From an uncultured virus (IMG/VR IMGVR_UViG_3300036770_004343) (taxonomy: Duplodnaviria > Heunggongvirae > Uroviricota > Caudoviricetes): a DNA stretch of 64,000 nt. The notes below the pieces were generated by a model. The model searched no databases, had not been told where the DNA came from, and saw only the letters and a list, made by a program, of their open reading frames with translations. Made by a program: the position numbers and the translations under genes. This document shows, one piece after another, positions 8,514 through 15,152 of this stretch. Every line of letters starts with the position of its first letter. The stretch's first letter is position 1. Where the stretch lies: positions 1-64,000 of the IMG/VR virus record IMGVR_UViG_3300036770_004343; one strand, 5' to 3'.

Positions 8514-8541
8514 ATCTTACCACATCTTACTTACTTGTCAA
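8514..8541 (-). promoter_or_regulatory. sigma70-type promoter
   Basis: TTGACA-N16-TAAGAT with TG extended -10. Confidence 0.7.
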
Positions 8542-8561
8542 ACAAGTTTTTCAGAAAAAAA

Positions 8562-8645
8562 TGGTAGGGATGGAGGGACTTGCACCCCCACGGTTTTACC
8601 CACGGCTTTTTGAGAGCCGCATGTCTTCTGTTCCATCACATCCCC
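8562..8645 (-). tRNA. tRNA-Leu (CAA)
   Basis: GGGGATG/CATCCCT, CGGCT-CTCAAAA-AGCCG, long variable arm, T-loop TGCAAGT, CCA. Confidence 0.85.
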
Positions 8646-8655
8646 GTTTTTAAAA

Positions 8656-8749
8656 TGGTGGTTCCGCCCGGATTCGAACCGAGACCGTGCTCAAATCTAG
8701 AGCTTATCAACGTTATAAGCGTTGCGTTCTACCGTTAAACTACGGAACC
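8656..8749 (-). tRNA. tRNA-Ile (UAU) with a long variable arm
   Basis: GGTTCCG/CGGAACC, CAACG-CTTATAA-CGTTG, 24-nt variable region with GCTC-TAGATTT-GAGC hairpin, CCA. Confidence 0.85.
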
Positions 8750-8755
8750 ACTAAA

Positions 8756-8834
8756 TGGTAGCGGGGACAGGATTTGAACCTGTGACCTCCTGGTTATGAG
8801 CCAAGCGAGCTGATCCGGGCTGCTCCACCCCGCA
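8756..8834 (-). tRNA. tRNA-fMet-like (CAU)
   Basis: T1:T72 mismatch, GCGGGG stem, CTTGG-CTCATAA-CCAGG, TTCAAAT T-loop, CCA. Confidence 0.85.
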
Positions 8835-8841
8835 AATTGTT

Positions 8842-8854
8842 TTGTTAAAGAACT
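8842..8854 (-). promoter_or_regulatory. boxA-like element
   Basis: AGTTCTTTAACAA just downstream of a promoter. Confidence 0.55.
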
Positions 8855-8865
8855 AACTAAAAATT

Positions 8866-8893
8866 ATCTTATCACACATTGATGTTTTGTCAA
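8866..8893 (-). promoter_or_regulatory. sigma70-type promoter
   Basis: TTGACA-N16-TAAGAT. Confidence 0.7.
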
Positions 8894-8990
8894 CATCTAA
8901 AATCGTCGCCGGTCTTTTAATTGGCGCTTTAATCCTCTGGTGGGGAACCAACTCAAGTGTCCTATTAATCGGGTATTCTCCGGGCGTAAA

Positions 8991-9062
8991 TGGTTGGAAC
9001 GGTGGGTGCTGCCCCCACTTAAACTGGCTTATGAAACCTGTTTCTTTGCTGAAAGCGCTCCA
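8991..9062 (-). tRNA. Aberrant CAU-anticodon tRNA-like gene
   Basis: TGGAGCG/CGTTCCA + A + CCA; D arm CTTT-CAGC-AAAG without the 8-9 linker; loop TTCATAA; T-loop GGCAGCA. Confidence 0.6.
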
Positions 9063-9069
9063 ATTAAAA

Positions 9070-9146
9070 TGGTTGCTGAAGCGTAGGAATCGCACCTACT
9101 TAATGAGTGGTTATGAGCCACCCCCAGATCTAACCTGCCGCCAGCT
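9070..9146 (-). tRNA. Aberrant CAU-anticodon tRNA-like gene (initiator-like 1:72 mismatch)
   Basis: GGGTGG-CTCATAA-CCACTC 6-bp anticodon stem, GTAGG-TGCGATT-CCTAC, bulged acceptor, CCA. Confidence 0.6.
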
Positions 9147-9156
9147 ATTAAATTGT

Positions 9157-9288
9157 GTTGGTTTCGATAATACACGGAGGTTTATTTCAACGAACTAGCG
9201 TTTTTTATTGACTCACAATTATCATTTTTTTCTCAGGTTTGTACGCTTTTCAGCGTTCCATCAATCTGATACTCTATTTTCCACCAAC
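9157..9288 (-). ncRNA. Candidate ~130-nt structured RNA
   Basis: GTTGGT/ACCAAC closing stem, ACGCT-GAAA-AGCGT, TCAG/CTGA, TGATAAT/ATTATCG. Confidence 0.45.
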
Positions 9289-9362
9289 TAAAATTATCAA
9301 AAGAACAAATTAAAAATTGTGTTGGGTGTGTTTATTGAATACTCTATCCACCCAACAAACAG

Positions 9363-9391
9363 AGTATACCATACGCTAACCCCGCAACCAA
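9363..9391 (-). promoter_or_regulatory. Extended -10 promoter
   Basis: TTGGTT-N17-TATACT with TG. Confidence 0.5.
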
Positions 9392-9487
9392 GAAGTTTTT
9401 TAAGAGATCTTCCATACTCTAGGGGTGTTATGGTTTAACGCCCTCCACCAATCAGTTTTATCTTCTGGATAACTGATCAACCAGTAA

Positions 9488-9562
9488 TGGTAGAGCCACA
9501 GAGAATCGAACTCTGATTACTGCCTTGAAAGGGCGGTGTCCTGGCCGTTAGACGATGACTCC
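9488..9562 (-). tRNA. tRNA-Glu (UUC)
   Basis: GGAGTCA/TGGCTCT, CCGCC-CTTTCAA-GGCAG, TTCGATT, CCA. Confidence 0.92.
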
Positions 9563-9569
9563 GTTAAAT

Positions 9570-9645
9570 TGGTGGGACCGGACGGACTTGAACCGTCAAC
9601 CAATTCGTTAAAAGCGAACTGCTCTGCCAATTGAGCTACGATCCC
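9570..9645 (-). tRNA. tRNA-Lys (UUU)
   Basis: GGGATCG/CGGTCCC, GTTCG-CTTTTAA-CGAAT, TTCAAGT, CCA. Confidence 0.92.
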
Positions 9646-9653
9646 ATTAAAAT

Positions 9654-9666
9654 TTGTTAAAGAACT
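9654..9666 (-). promoter_or_regulatory. boxA-like element
   Basis: AGTTCTTTAACAA between the promoter and tRNA-Lys. Confidence 0.55.
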
Positions 9667-9678
9667 TATTACAAAATC

Positions 9679-9706
9679 ATCTTACCACACATTCTTAACT
9701 TGTCAA
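9679..9706 (-). promoter_or_regulatory. sigma70-type promoter
   Basis: TTGACA-N16-TAAGAT with TG. Confidence 0.7.
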
Positions 9707-9710
9707 GTAT

Positions 9711-9818
9711 TTCTTTGTTCTTTGTTGGTGACCCCCTTCGGTTAAAGGCCGAGGCAGTTCCGCCATACGTAGATGTTCTAGAGGAGTGCTTCTCCCACCG
9801 TGCTTAAAGAACAAAGAA
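9711..9818 (-). ncRNA. Candidate ~110-nt multibranched sRNA with a 13-bp terminal inverted repeat
   Basis: TTCTTTGTTCTTT/AAAGAACAAAGAA; GC-rich interior; own promoter. Confidence 0.5.
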
Positions 9819-9839
9819 TCGTTTACTTACTACTTCTTT

Positions 9840-9867
9840 ATCTTAACATTCAATTTTCAAAGATCAA
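9840..9867 (-). promoter_or_regulatory. sigma70-type promoter
   Basis: TTGATC-N16-TAAGAT. Confidence 0.55.
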
Positions 9868-9935
9868 GAACTTTCTTTCAAAAGTTTTGAGGTAAAATAT
9901 AAATATAATCAAATATTAGTAAATTACCGAAAAAG

Positions 9936-10011
9936 TGGTGTCCCCGCCAGGAATTGAACCTGGACCAGAGAGGTAGAAGCTCTCTGCTCTATCCATTTAA
10001 GCTACGAGGAC
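9936..10011 (-). tRNA. tRNA-Arg (UCU)
   Basis: GTCCTCG/CGGGGAC, GAGAG-CTTCTAC-CTCTC, TTCAATT, CCA. Confidence 0.92.
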
Positions 10012-10018
10012 ACTGAGA

Positions 10019-10351
10019 TTACTTACCGTTATCAAGTTCTTTACGAAGAGCTTTACCAAGTTCAGTTAGCTGAAACAGTGGTTCGCCGTCTTCGTTATGA
10101 CCGGATACATATAATAGACCATCTTCTACCATTTTGTCAACTGTTTCTTTAACTTCTGACAACACAAGTTCGTTATAGATTACTTCTGCTTCAAACTCAT
10201 TGCATTCAAGTTCTTTCATAATTACTTGAATACAAGCTTCTTTTTCCTCGACTTTGACTTGTTCTTCAACTTTATCAACGTCTAAGTTGGAACAATGACT
10301 GAGCAGATCATCGATTGATCCGGTAAAGTTGTCTGTGATATATTTATCCAT
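10019..10351 (-). CDS. Hypothetical protein with a winged-helix-like C-terminus
   Basis: MVEDGLL...FQLTELGK. Confidence 0.6.
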   Translation of the reverse strand: MDKYITDNFTGSIDDLLSHCSNLDVDKVEEQVKVEEKEACIQVIMKELECNEFEAEVIYNELVLSEVKETVDKMVEDGLLYVSGHNEDGEPLFQLTELGKALRKELDNGK

Positions 10352-10365
10352 TGTATGGTCTTTTA

Positions 10366-10656
10366 TTAGGCTACCCAGGCGAATTCTACGTTCTTGTAAT
10401 AACGAACGGATCGCTTTGCGATGCTGTCAAGTGACTTACTGACATTGTGGGGAACACGAACATTCTTACCCCAACCATTTTCAGCTCGGCCTAGAGCAAT
10501 AGCAAATCCCTTGCGTTTATCAAAACGATCACCAGCCTTTGTATTGGTATAACTCCAACCAACACGAACTGAGTCATTAATAACTGTGGCTACCACATAA
10601 CCACGGGGTTGACCATTGCGGTCACGTACCAACTGCTTGAGTGTAGTGTCTTTCAT
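10366..10656 (-). CDS. Conserved hypothetical phage protein (start likely ATG 10656)
   Basis: VGWS...DRFDKRKG..IALGRA motif; this start avoids overlap with the upstream ORF. Confidence 0.65.
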   Translation of the reverse strand: MKDTTLKQLVRDRNGQPRGYVVATVINDSVRVGWSYTNTKAGDRFDKRKGFAIALGRAENGWGKNVRVPHNVSKSLDSIAKRSVRYYKNVEFAWVA

Positions 10657-10681
10657 ATAACTTGTTTTTAAATGTTTTGGT

Positions 10682-10864
10682 TTACTTTCCTTCGACGTAT
10701 CGGAGTAGATCACGATTTGGTTCGACCCCAATCTTTTCGTCTACAGTCTGCTTGATAGCAGCTTTGTAATAATACTGTGCGTATAGATCTGTTAGTTGTA
10801 GTTTGCGTTCAGCAATTTTTTCTTTGAGGTTATTAATAACTGTTTGAGTTGTCTTCGTCTTCAT
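10682..10864 (-). CDS. Hypothetical protein
   Basis: 60-aa ORF in a co-directional run. Confidence 0.55.
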   Translation of the reverse strand: MKTKTTQTVINNLKEKIAERKLQLTDLYAQYYYKAAIKQTVDEKIGVEPNRDLLRYVEGK

Positions 10865-10988
10865 ACTTTGAATTGTAACGTGATGGCTTTACTTCAGTAT
10901 TTTGCCATTTCTTGTTAGTCTTTTTATTTGCTTTGTTGCGCCAATTTCCTTCGTTGCGTGAACGACGATCTTTGAATGACTTTCCCAT
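10833..10988 (-). CDS. Small basic hypothetical protein (51 aa)
   Basis: Own translation MGKSFKDRRSRNEGNW... Confidence 0.55.
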   Translation of the reverse strand: MGKSFKDRRSRNEGNWRNKANKKTNKKWQNTEVKPSRYNSKYEDEDNSNSY

Positions 10989-11017
10989 ATACTACTTTTA
11001 AAAATAAATAGTGTTAG

Positions 11018-11051
11018 AAAAAGGGATTAATAAGTTTTTTTATTAACCCCT
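11018..11051 (-). terminator. Probable terminator
   Basis: AGGGGTTAATA/TATTAATCCCT + T tract. Confidence 0.5.
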
Positions 11052-11066
11052 CAATCTTTGAACTGT

Positions 11067-11345
11067 TTAATTTGCAGAAGTCTGAGACGATTCAGCAGTA
11101 GTAGTTGTTGACTCAACAGCAGGAGTTGCGTCGTAGGTATACACGATACTTGGCTTACCACGCTTACCGGTCTTCTGTGATCCACTAATCTTGTATCGAC
11201 CAGCGGTTACATTACGCTTAACGTGCATCCGAATTGTCGGAGCCTTAACGTTGGCGTTGATGTTAATCAGATCAACAATAGTGAAATTGCGATCAGTGAT
11301 TTCGTTTACTGCGGTTGCCTTACGGCCTGTCTTGTTCTTGTTCAT
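11067..11345 (-). CDS. Small winged-HTH-like DNA-binding protein
   Basis: FTIVDL...TIRMHV...GKRGKPSIVY. Confidence 0.55.
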   Translation of the reverse strand: MNKNKTGRKATAVNEITDRNFTIVDLININANVKAPTIRMHVKRNVTAGRYKISGSQKTGKRGKPSIVYTYDATPAVESTTTTAESSQTSAN

Positions 11346-11384
11346 ATTTTTTATTTTTTGTTAATGTTAACCGACTACAAATTC

Positions 11385-11413
11385 ATCTTACCACATACTT
11401 TAAACAATGTCAA
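11385..11413 (-). promoter_or_regulatory. sigma70-type promoter
   Basis: TTGACA-N17-TAAGAT with TG. Confidence 0.75.
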
Positions 11414-11423
11414 CGTTCTTTTT

Positions 11424-11633
11424 TTAAATCTTTCGAGCTGATTCAAAAACCAGAGCATTGGTGAGATCACCAAAGCCATAACGCTTGCCATTTCGATCAA
11501 ACGTAGTGTCGCTGCTCTTGCTGTAATAACCAACGTTCTCACCATTAGGACCGTGAGCGTAAATTACGTTGCCACTGTCCTTTACATATCCAATTCGGAC
11601 GTTCTTACCATCCATAATATATTTTGTACTCAT
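11424..11633 (-). CDS. Hypothetical beta-hairpin repeat protein
   Basis: Repeating D-x-N-G-x-x-V/I-G-Y units. Confidence 0.6.
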   Translation of the reverse strand: MSTKYIMDGKNVRIGYVKDSGNVIYAHGPNGENVGYYSKSSDTTFDRNGKRYGFGDLTNALVFESARKI

Positions 11634-11642
11634 ATTTTGTTT

Positions 11643-12185
11643 TTAGTTGTTATCAATAAAGTTACGATAAAATCCCATCACAATTCCACTGGTAGTACCC
11701 ACATTAAGTGAACGTACACTACCATACGCAGGAATGGTTACAATATAATCAGCATTGTCAAGAATATAATCACTCAACCCACTCTTTTCTTCACCAAAGA
11801 CAAACATTGGCTTATCTACACCAGTAAATACCCAGTGGTTAAAAATAGATACAGTCTTGTCACTATACTTGGGAATGTTGTTTTCTACTGCAATTAGTGT
11901 ATAACCATTGTCATTCACATACGCAACAAAGTCTTGTTCTGTCTTGATGTGACTAAGATCGGTGTAATGATGAGTGCCAACAGTACCACGGCGATCCCAC
12001 TGCTTACTACCACCAACATACATTGCTTCCTTGAAGCCAAAGAAGTTGGCGTTGCGTACTAGAGTGGATAGATTAAAGTCACCGTTAACGTGCATCATAG
12101 CAACACCAGCGTCAATACAGGTGTCCTTACAATACGACTTGATATCGTCCACACTCTTGTTCTTCAGATGATCCAAAACATTCAT
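11643..12185 (-). CDS. SpoU/TrmH-family (SPOUT) RNA 2'-O-methyltransferase
   Basis: NLSTLVRNA, VFGEEKSGLS, IPAYGSVRSLNV. Confidence 0.88.
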   Translation of the reverse strand: MNVLDHLKNKSVDDIKSYCKDTCIDAGVAMMHVNGDFNLSTLVRNANFFGFKEAMYVGGSKQWDRRGTVGTHHYTDLSHIKTEQDFVAYVNDNGYTLIAVENNIPKYSDKTVSIFNHWVFTGVDKPMFVFGEEKSGLSDYILDNADYIVTIPAYGSVRSLNVGTTSGIVMGFYRNFIDNN

Positions 12186-12194
12186 AGTAAAATT

Positions 12195-12223
12195 ACTTTA
12201 CCACGAAGTTTATAATAAGTCAA
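12195..12223 (-). promoter_or_regulatory. sigma70-type promoter
   Basis: TTGACT-N17-TAAAGT. Confidence 0.6.
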
Positions 12224-12471
12224 TTCTTTTTCTTAATTGTCTTTTTGGACTTATTCTCTGATTCTTTTGCATATTCCACAGGAGAGTTTGCAACTGTAGA
12301 TTTGCTGTTAGCATATTCCTTTTCAGCTTCTTCAATTACAGCTTTAACAAAATCTGTAAGTAGACCGCTCCAATTATTTCGTTCACTATCTTCTACGATT
12401 GCCAGTTTTTTCCATCGTGGCAATTCGTTGAATTTGCGTTGATATACTGTTTTATAGAATGATGCAGTCAT
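12220..12471 (-). CDS. Hypothetical protein
   Basis: 83 aa; ATATTTAT motif upstream. Confidence 0.6.
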   Translation of the reverse strand: MTASFYKTVYQRKFNELPRWKKLAIVEDSERNNWSGLLTDFVKAVIEEAEKEYANSKSTVANSPVEYAKESENKSKKTIKKKN

Positions 12472-12483
12472 ATAGTATAAATA

Positions 12484-12735
12484 TTAAAATGAAGTACTCA
12501 AACGACTAGCATATGCCATATTGCTAGCTTTTCCTTTGCGGTATGACACTTTGGAATAGTTGTCAAATGCTTTCTTTGAAGTGATTACAATACTACCCGC
12601 AGTTTTGTGTCCAAAATGCAAATAACCATACTTTTGGGTACGTTTAGCGACTGATTCGCCACACGGCAAACAAATCTTGTAACCAAGTTCATAACGTTCA
12701 GGATGAATTTCATTTCCACAACCACATTTGATCAT
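12484..12735 (-). CDS. DksA/TraR-type C4 zinc-finger protein
   Basis: CGCGNEIHPER...ICLPC. Confidence 0.6.
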   Translation of the reverse strand: MIKCGCGNEIHPERYELGYKICLPCGESVAKRTQKYGYLHFGHKTAGSIVITSKKAFDNYSKVSYRKGKASNMAYASRLSTSF

Positions 12736-12743
12736 ATATAAAA

Positions 12744-12772
12744 AGTGTACATCAAGCTGTGGTTGCGGTCAA
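12744..12772 (-). promoter_or_regulatory. sigma70-type promoter
   Basis: TTGACC-N17-TACACT. Confidence 0.6.
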
Positions 12773-12774
12773 TA

Positions 12775-12800
12775 AAAAAAGCGTACCGAGTGGTACGCTT
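12775..12800 (-). terminator. Rho-independent terminator
   Basis: AAGCGTACC-ACTC-GGTACGCTT + T tract. Confidence 0.8.
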
Positions 12801-12807
12801 GTTGTTT

Positions 12808-13317
12808 TTAATTGGTAGGTTCGTGGTGATAATCAGATCGAAGGTGAACTAGTTCAGCGTGTAGCTTGTTGAGTTCAGATTCGTAAATATCCAATTTACG
12901 TTCAATGTCACTGATTTTTTGTAGTCTTGCGTCGAGAATATAATCTGGATCTGAATGTTCTCTGTTCTTAATATCTTCTTCTAGAGCACAACCGATGTGA
13001 TTTGTGCCAAAAAGATACTCAACGTCATCATTATAAGTATTTTTACCGCAGTAACTGCAAGTCCACTTTTCTTTTCGTTCATCTACAATAATTTTATCTA
13101 ACCTAGTTAGTGTTTCTACAACTTCGGTATTAGATTCAGCGTTAAGAATATCATATGCCCAATTTAAAGCATTGTCTTCACGGTCTTCTAATTCTGGGTA
13201 AAGTTTGATTAGTTCTTTCTCAATTAGATTGATGTATGGATCAATTTGTTCTTTTTGAATTGTACGCAATGCTTTTGCGTATGTTAGTATGATGTTTTTG
13301 CTTATTGTGTTATTCAT
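12808..13317 (-). CDS. Hypothetical protein with a CxxC...H..C site and coiled coil
   Basis: WTCSYCGK...HIGC. Confidence 0.6.
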   Translation of the reverse strand: MNNTISKNIILTYAKALRTIQKEQIDPYINLIEKELIKLYPELEDREDNALNWAYDILNAESNTEVVETLTRLDKIIVDERKEKWTCSYCGKNTYNDDVEYLFGTNHIGCALEEDIKNREHSDPDYILDARLQKISDIERKLDIYESELNKLHAELVHLRSDYHHEPTN

Positions 13318-13318
13318 A

Positions 13319-13474
13319 TTAGTTTTTGATTAAAGCTCTTAATACTTCTTTAACTGTGAAGTAGAATATAAACGGAATTAGTACCGCAAAGAAAATTGCT
13401 AATACTAATATTAGTCCTAATGCAAATATAGTACCAAAGATCAATCCAAGAATCAAGTTTATAATTTTACTCAT
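13319..13474 (-). CDS. Small membrane protein (51 aa)
   Basis: Own translation MSKIINLILGLIFGTIFALGLILVLAIFFAVLIPFIFYF...; fills the gap with coupled start/stop. Confidence 0.6.
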   Translation of the reverse strand: MSKIINLILGLIFGTIFALGLILVLAIFFAVLIPFIFYFTVKEVLRALIKN

Positions 13475-13737
13475 TTTTTTAAAAATCTATTGTATATTAG
13501 TTTGCCAAGATTTGCTGCAAATTTACGTGCTTTCTTTTCTGGCAAATCAAAGAAATGTGCGTGAAATACTTCTTCTATCAAGACGTTTAGTTGTCTACGT
13601 GATTTTAAATTGGGGTCTACAATTATTGAAGGATGTTTACTATTGGGATTGTAACATAGTCCAGATGCTTTATATTTACCTAATGGTTTATTATAATTTA
13701 CATTGTATTCTACCCCTTCAAAATTCTTAAATTTCAT
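13471..13737 (-). CDS. Zincin-like protein with a degenerate HExxH (EEVFH)
   Basis: GLC...IIVDP...LIEEVFHA. Confidence 0.5.
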   Translation of the reverse strand: MKFKNFEGVEYNVNYNKPLGKYKASGLCYNPNSKHPSIIVDPNLKSRRQLNVLIEEVFHAHFFDLPEKKARKFAANLGKLIYNRFLKK

Positions 13738-13922
13738 TATTCACCTTTCACAAAACTCTTCTTTGTTTCTTTAAGAAGAATACTAATATCATCAAGACTA
13801 CGTATTCTATCACGATATAAAATTTCTGTTTTCACTCGCTCTTCATCAATAAGTTTAATTAACTCATTGAGTTTTTGCATAGTAACTACTGGTTTCGTTC
13901 GTTCAAATTCATTTACATTCAT
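13737..13922 (-). CDS. Hypothetical protein
   Basis: 61 aa, coupled to neighbours. Confidence 0.55.
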   Translation of the reverse strand: MNVNEFERTKPVVTMQKLNELIKLIDEERVKTEILYRDRIRSLDDISILLKETKKSFVKGE

Positions 13923-14163
13923 TTAGAAACTCCTTTAATTGTTTTTGGTTTTCTGTATTTAAAATAACGAAATCAGACCATGGTTTACCATATCTAAGTA
14001 TTTGCCAGCACCATCTTAGTCTTTCTGTCCAACATAATGTTCTACCTTTAAGTCCTCTTTCAAACAAACTCAAAGACACTTCATTTTCATCTTTAAATTT
14101 TTCTACAAGAAGACCGTGTTCATAACAGTCACAAATCAAAAAAATTGAATCTTGATCTTTCAT
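13909..14163 (-). CDS. Hypothetical protein
   Basis: 84 aa, CDC..H motif. Confidence 0.6.
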   Translation of the reverse strand: MKDQDSIFLICDCYEHGLLVEKFKDENEVSLSLFERGLKGRTLCWTERLRWCWQILRYGKPWSDFVILNTENQKQLKEFLNECK

Positions 14164-15149
14164 AATTGTGTTTTAATCCAGTTAAATGTTTTTTCAATAC
14201 CAATTTTAAGAGGTTGTGATGGTTCCCAGTTCATCTTTTCTCTATATAAACTATTGTCTGATTTACGACCTCTTACACCAGTTGGACATTTAAAGCCATA
14301 TTTTTGTTTAAAGTTCTCTCCATCAATGTTTTTGACTTTGATGTTTTTATTTGTCAAGTCAATTGCCATTTGAGCCAATTCATTGATTGATACCATTTCT
14401 TCGGAACCAATGTTCACTGGTCCTAAAAATTCATCTTGTTTCATAAACCTCATTACAGCTTCTACGCATTCATCTATGTACAAAAACGATCTGGTCTGTA
14501 GACCGTCACCCCACACTTCCAATTCTGCACCGTCTGAAGTTTCCAATGCTTTTCTACACATTGCAGCAGGCGCTTTTTCTTTTCCACCTTTATATGTGCC
14601 ACAGGGACCAAAGATGTTATGAAATCTAGCAATTCTCACATCTAGTTTATGATTTCTATTATATGCTAAATATAATCTTTCACTAAACAACTTTTCCCAA
14701 CCATATTCACTATCTGGTTCAGCTGGATATGCATCTTTTTCAGCACATTTGGGGTTGTTTGGATCCATTTGATTATATTCTGGATATGCGCATGCGCTTG
14801 AAGAATAAAACACTTTTTTTACTTTCTTTTTAACACATTCGTGTACCACATTTAAATTGATCAAAGCAGAATTATGCATTACATTTGCATCGTTTTGACC
14901 AGTAAAAATATACAATGCACCACCCATATCTGCGGCCAATTGATACACTTCATCTGCATTTTCAGTAATTACTGATTTTACTACGTTTACATCAGTAAGA
15001 TCGCCAATTACAAATTCATCTGCATAATTATGATATTCATTATTTTTAATATCAACGCCGCGAACCCAGTAACCTTCTTCTTTTAGACGTTTTATTAAAT
15101 GTCCACCTATAAATCCCCCTCCGCCTAAAACGATTGCTATTTTTTTCAT
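14160..15149 (-). CDS. GDP-mannose 3,5-epimerase-like NAD-dependent epimerase
   Basis: GGGGFIG, LAADMGG, SSSACAYP, YGWEK, RFHNIFGP, EKAPAAMCRK. Confidence 0.85.
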   Translation of the reverse strand: MKKIAIVLGGGGFIGGHLIKRLKEEGYWVRGVDIKNNEYHNYADEFVIGDLTDVNVVKSVITENADEVYQLAADMGGALYIFTGQNDANVMHNSALINLNVVHECVKKKVKKVFYSSSACAYPEYNQMDPNNPKCAEKDAYPAEPDSEYGWEKLFSERLYLAYNRNHKLDVRIARFHNIFGPCGTYKGGKEKAPAAMCRKALETSDGAELEVWGDGLQTRSFLYIDECVEAVMRFMKQDEFLGPVNIGSEEMVSINELAQMAIDLTNKNIKVKNIDGENFKQKYGFKCPTGVRGRKSDNSLYREKMNWEPSQPLKIGIEKTFNWIKTQL

Positions 15150-15152
15150 AAC

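Noticed and set aside
8907..8986. Theta/HDV-like ribozyme downstream of a tRNA
   Set aside because: Could not build the P1/P2/P3/P1.1 double pseudoknot by eye; kept only as an unassigned element
7818..9198. ORFs 7818-8009, 8853-9095 and 8887-9198
   Set aside because: They overlap tRNA-like or structured RNA elements and promoters, use non-ATG starts and have no protein motifs
9420..9485. Permuted twister ribozyme (GTGGAG and TAACAC words)
   Set aside because: No convincing P1 or P4/L4 elements
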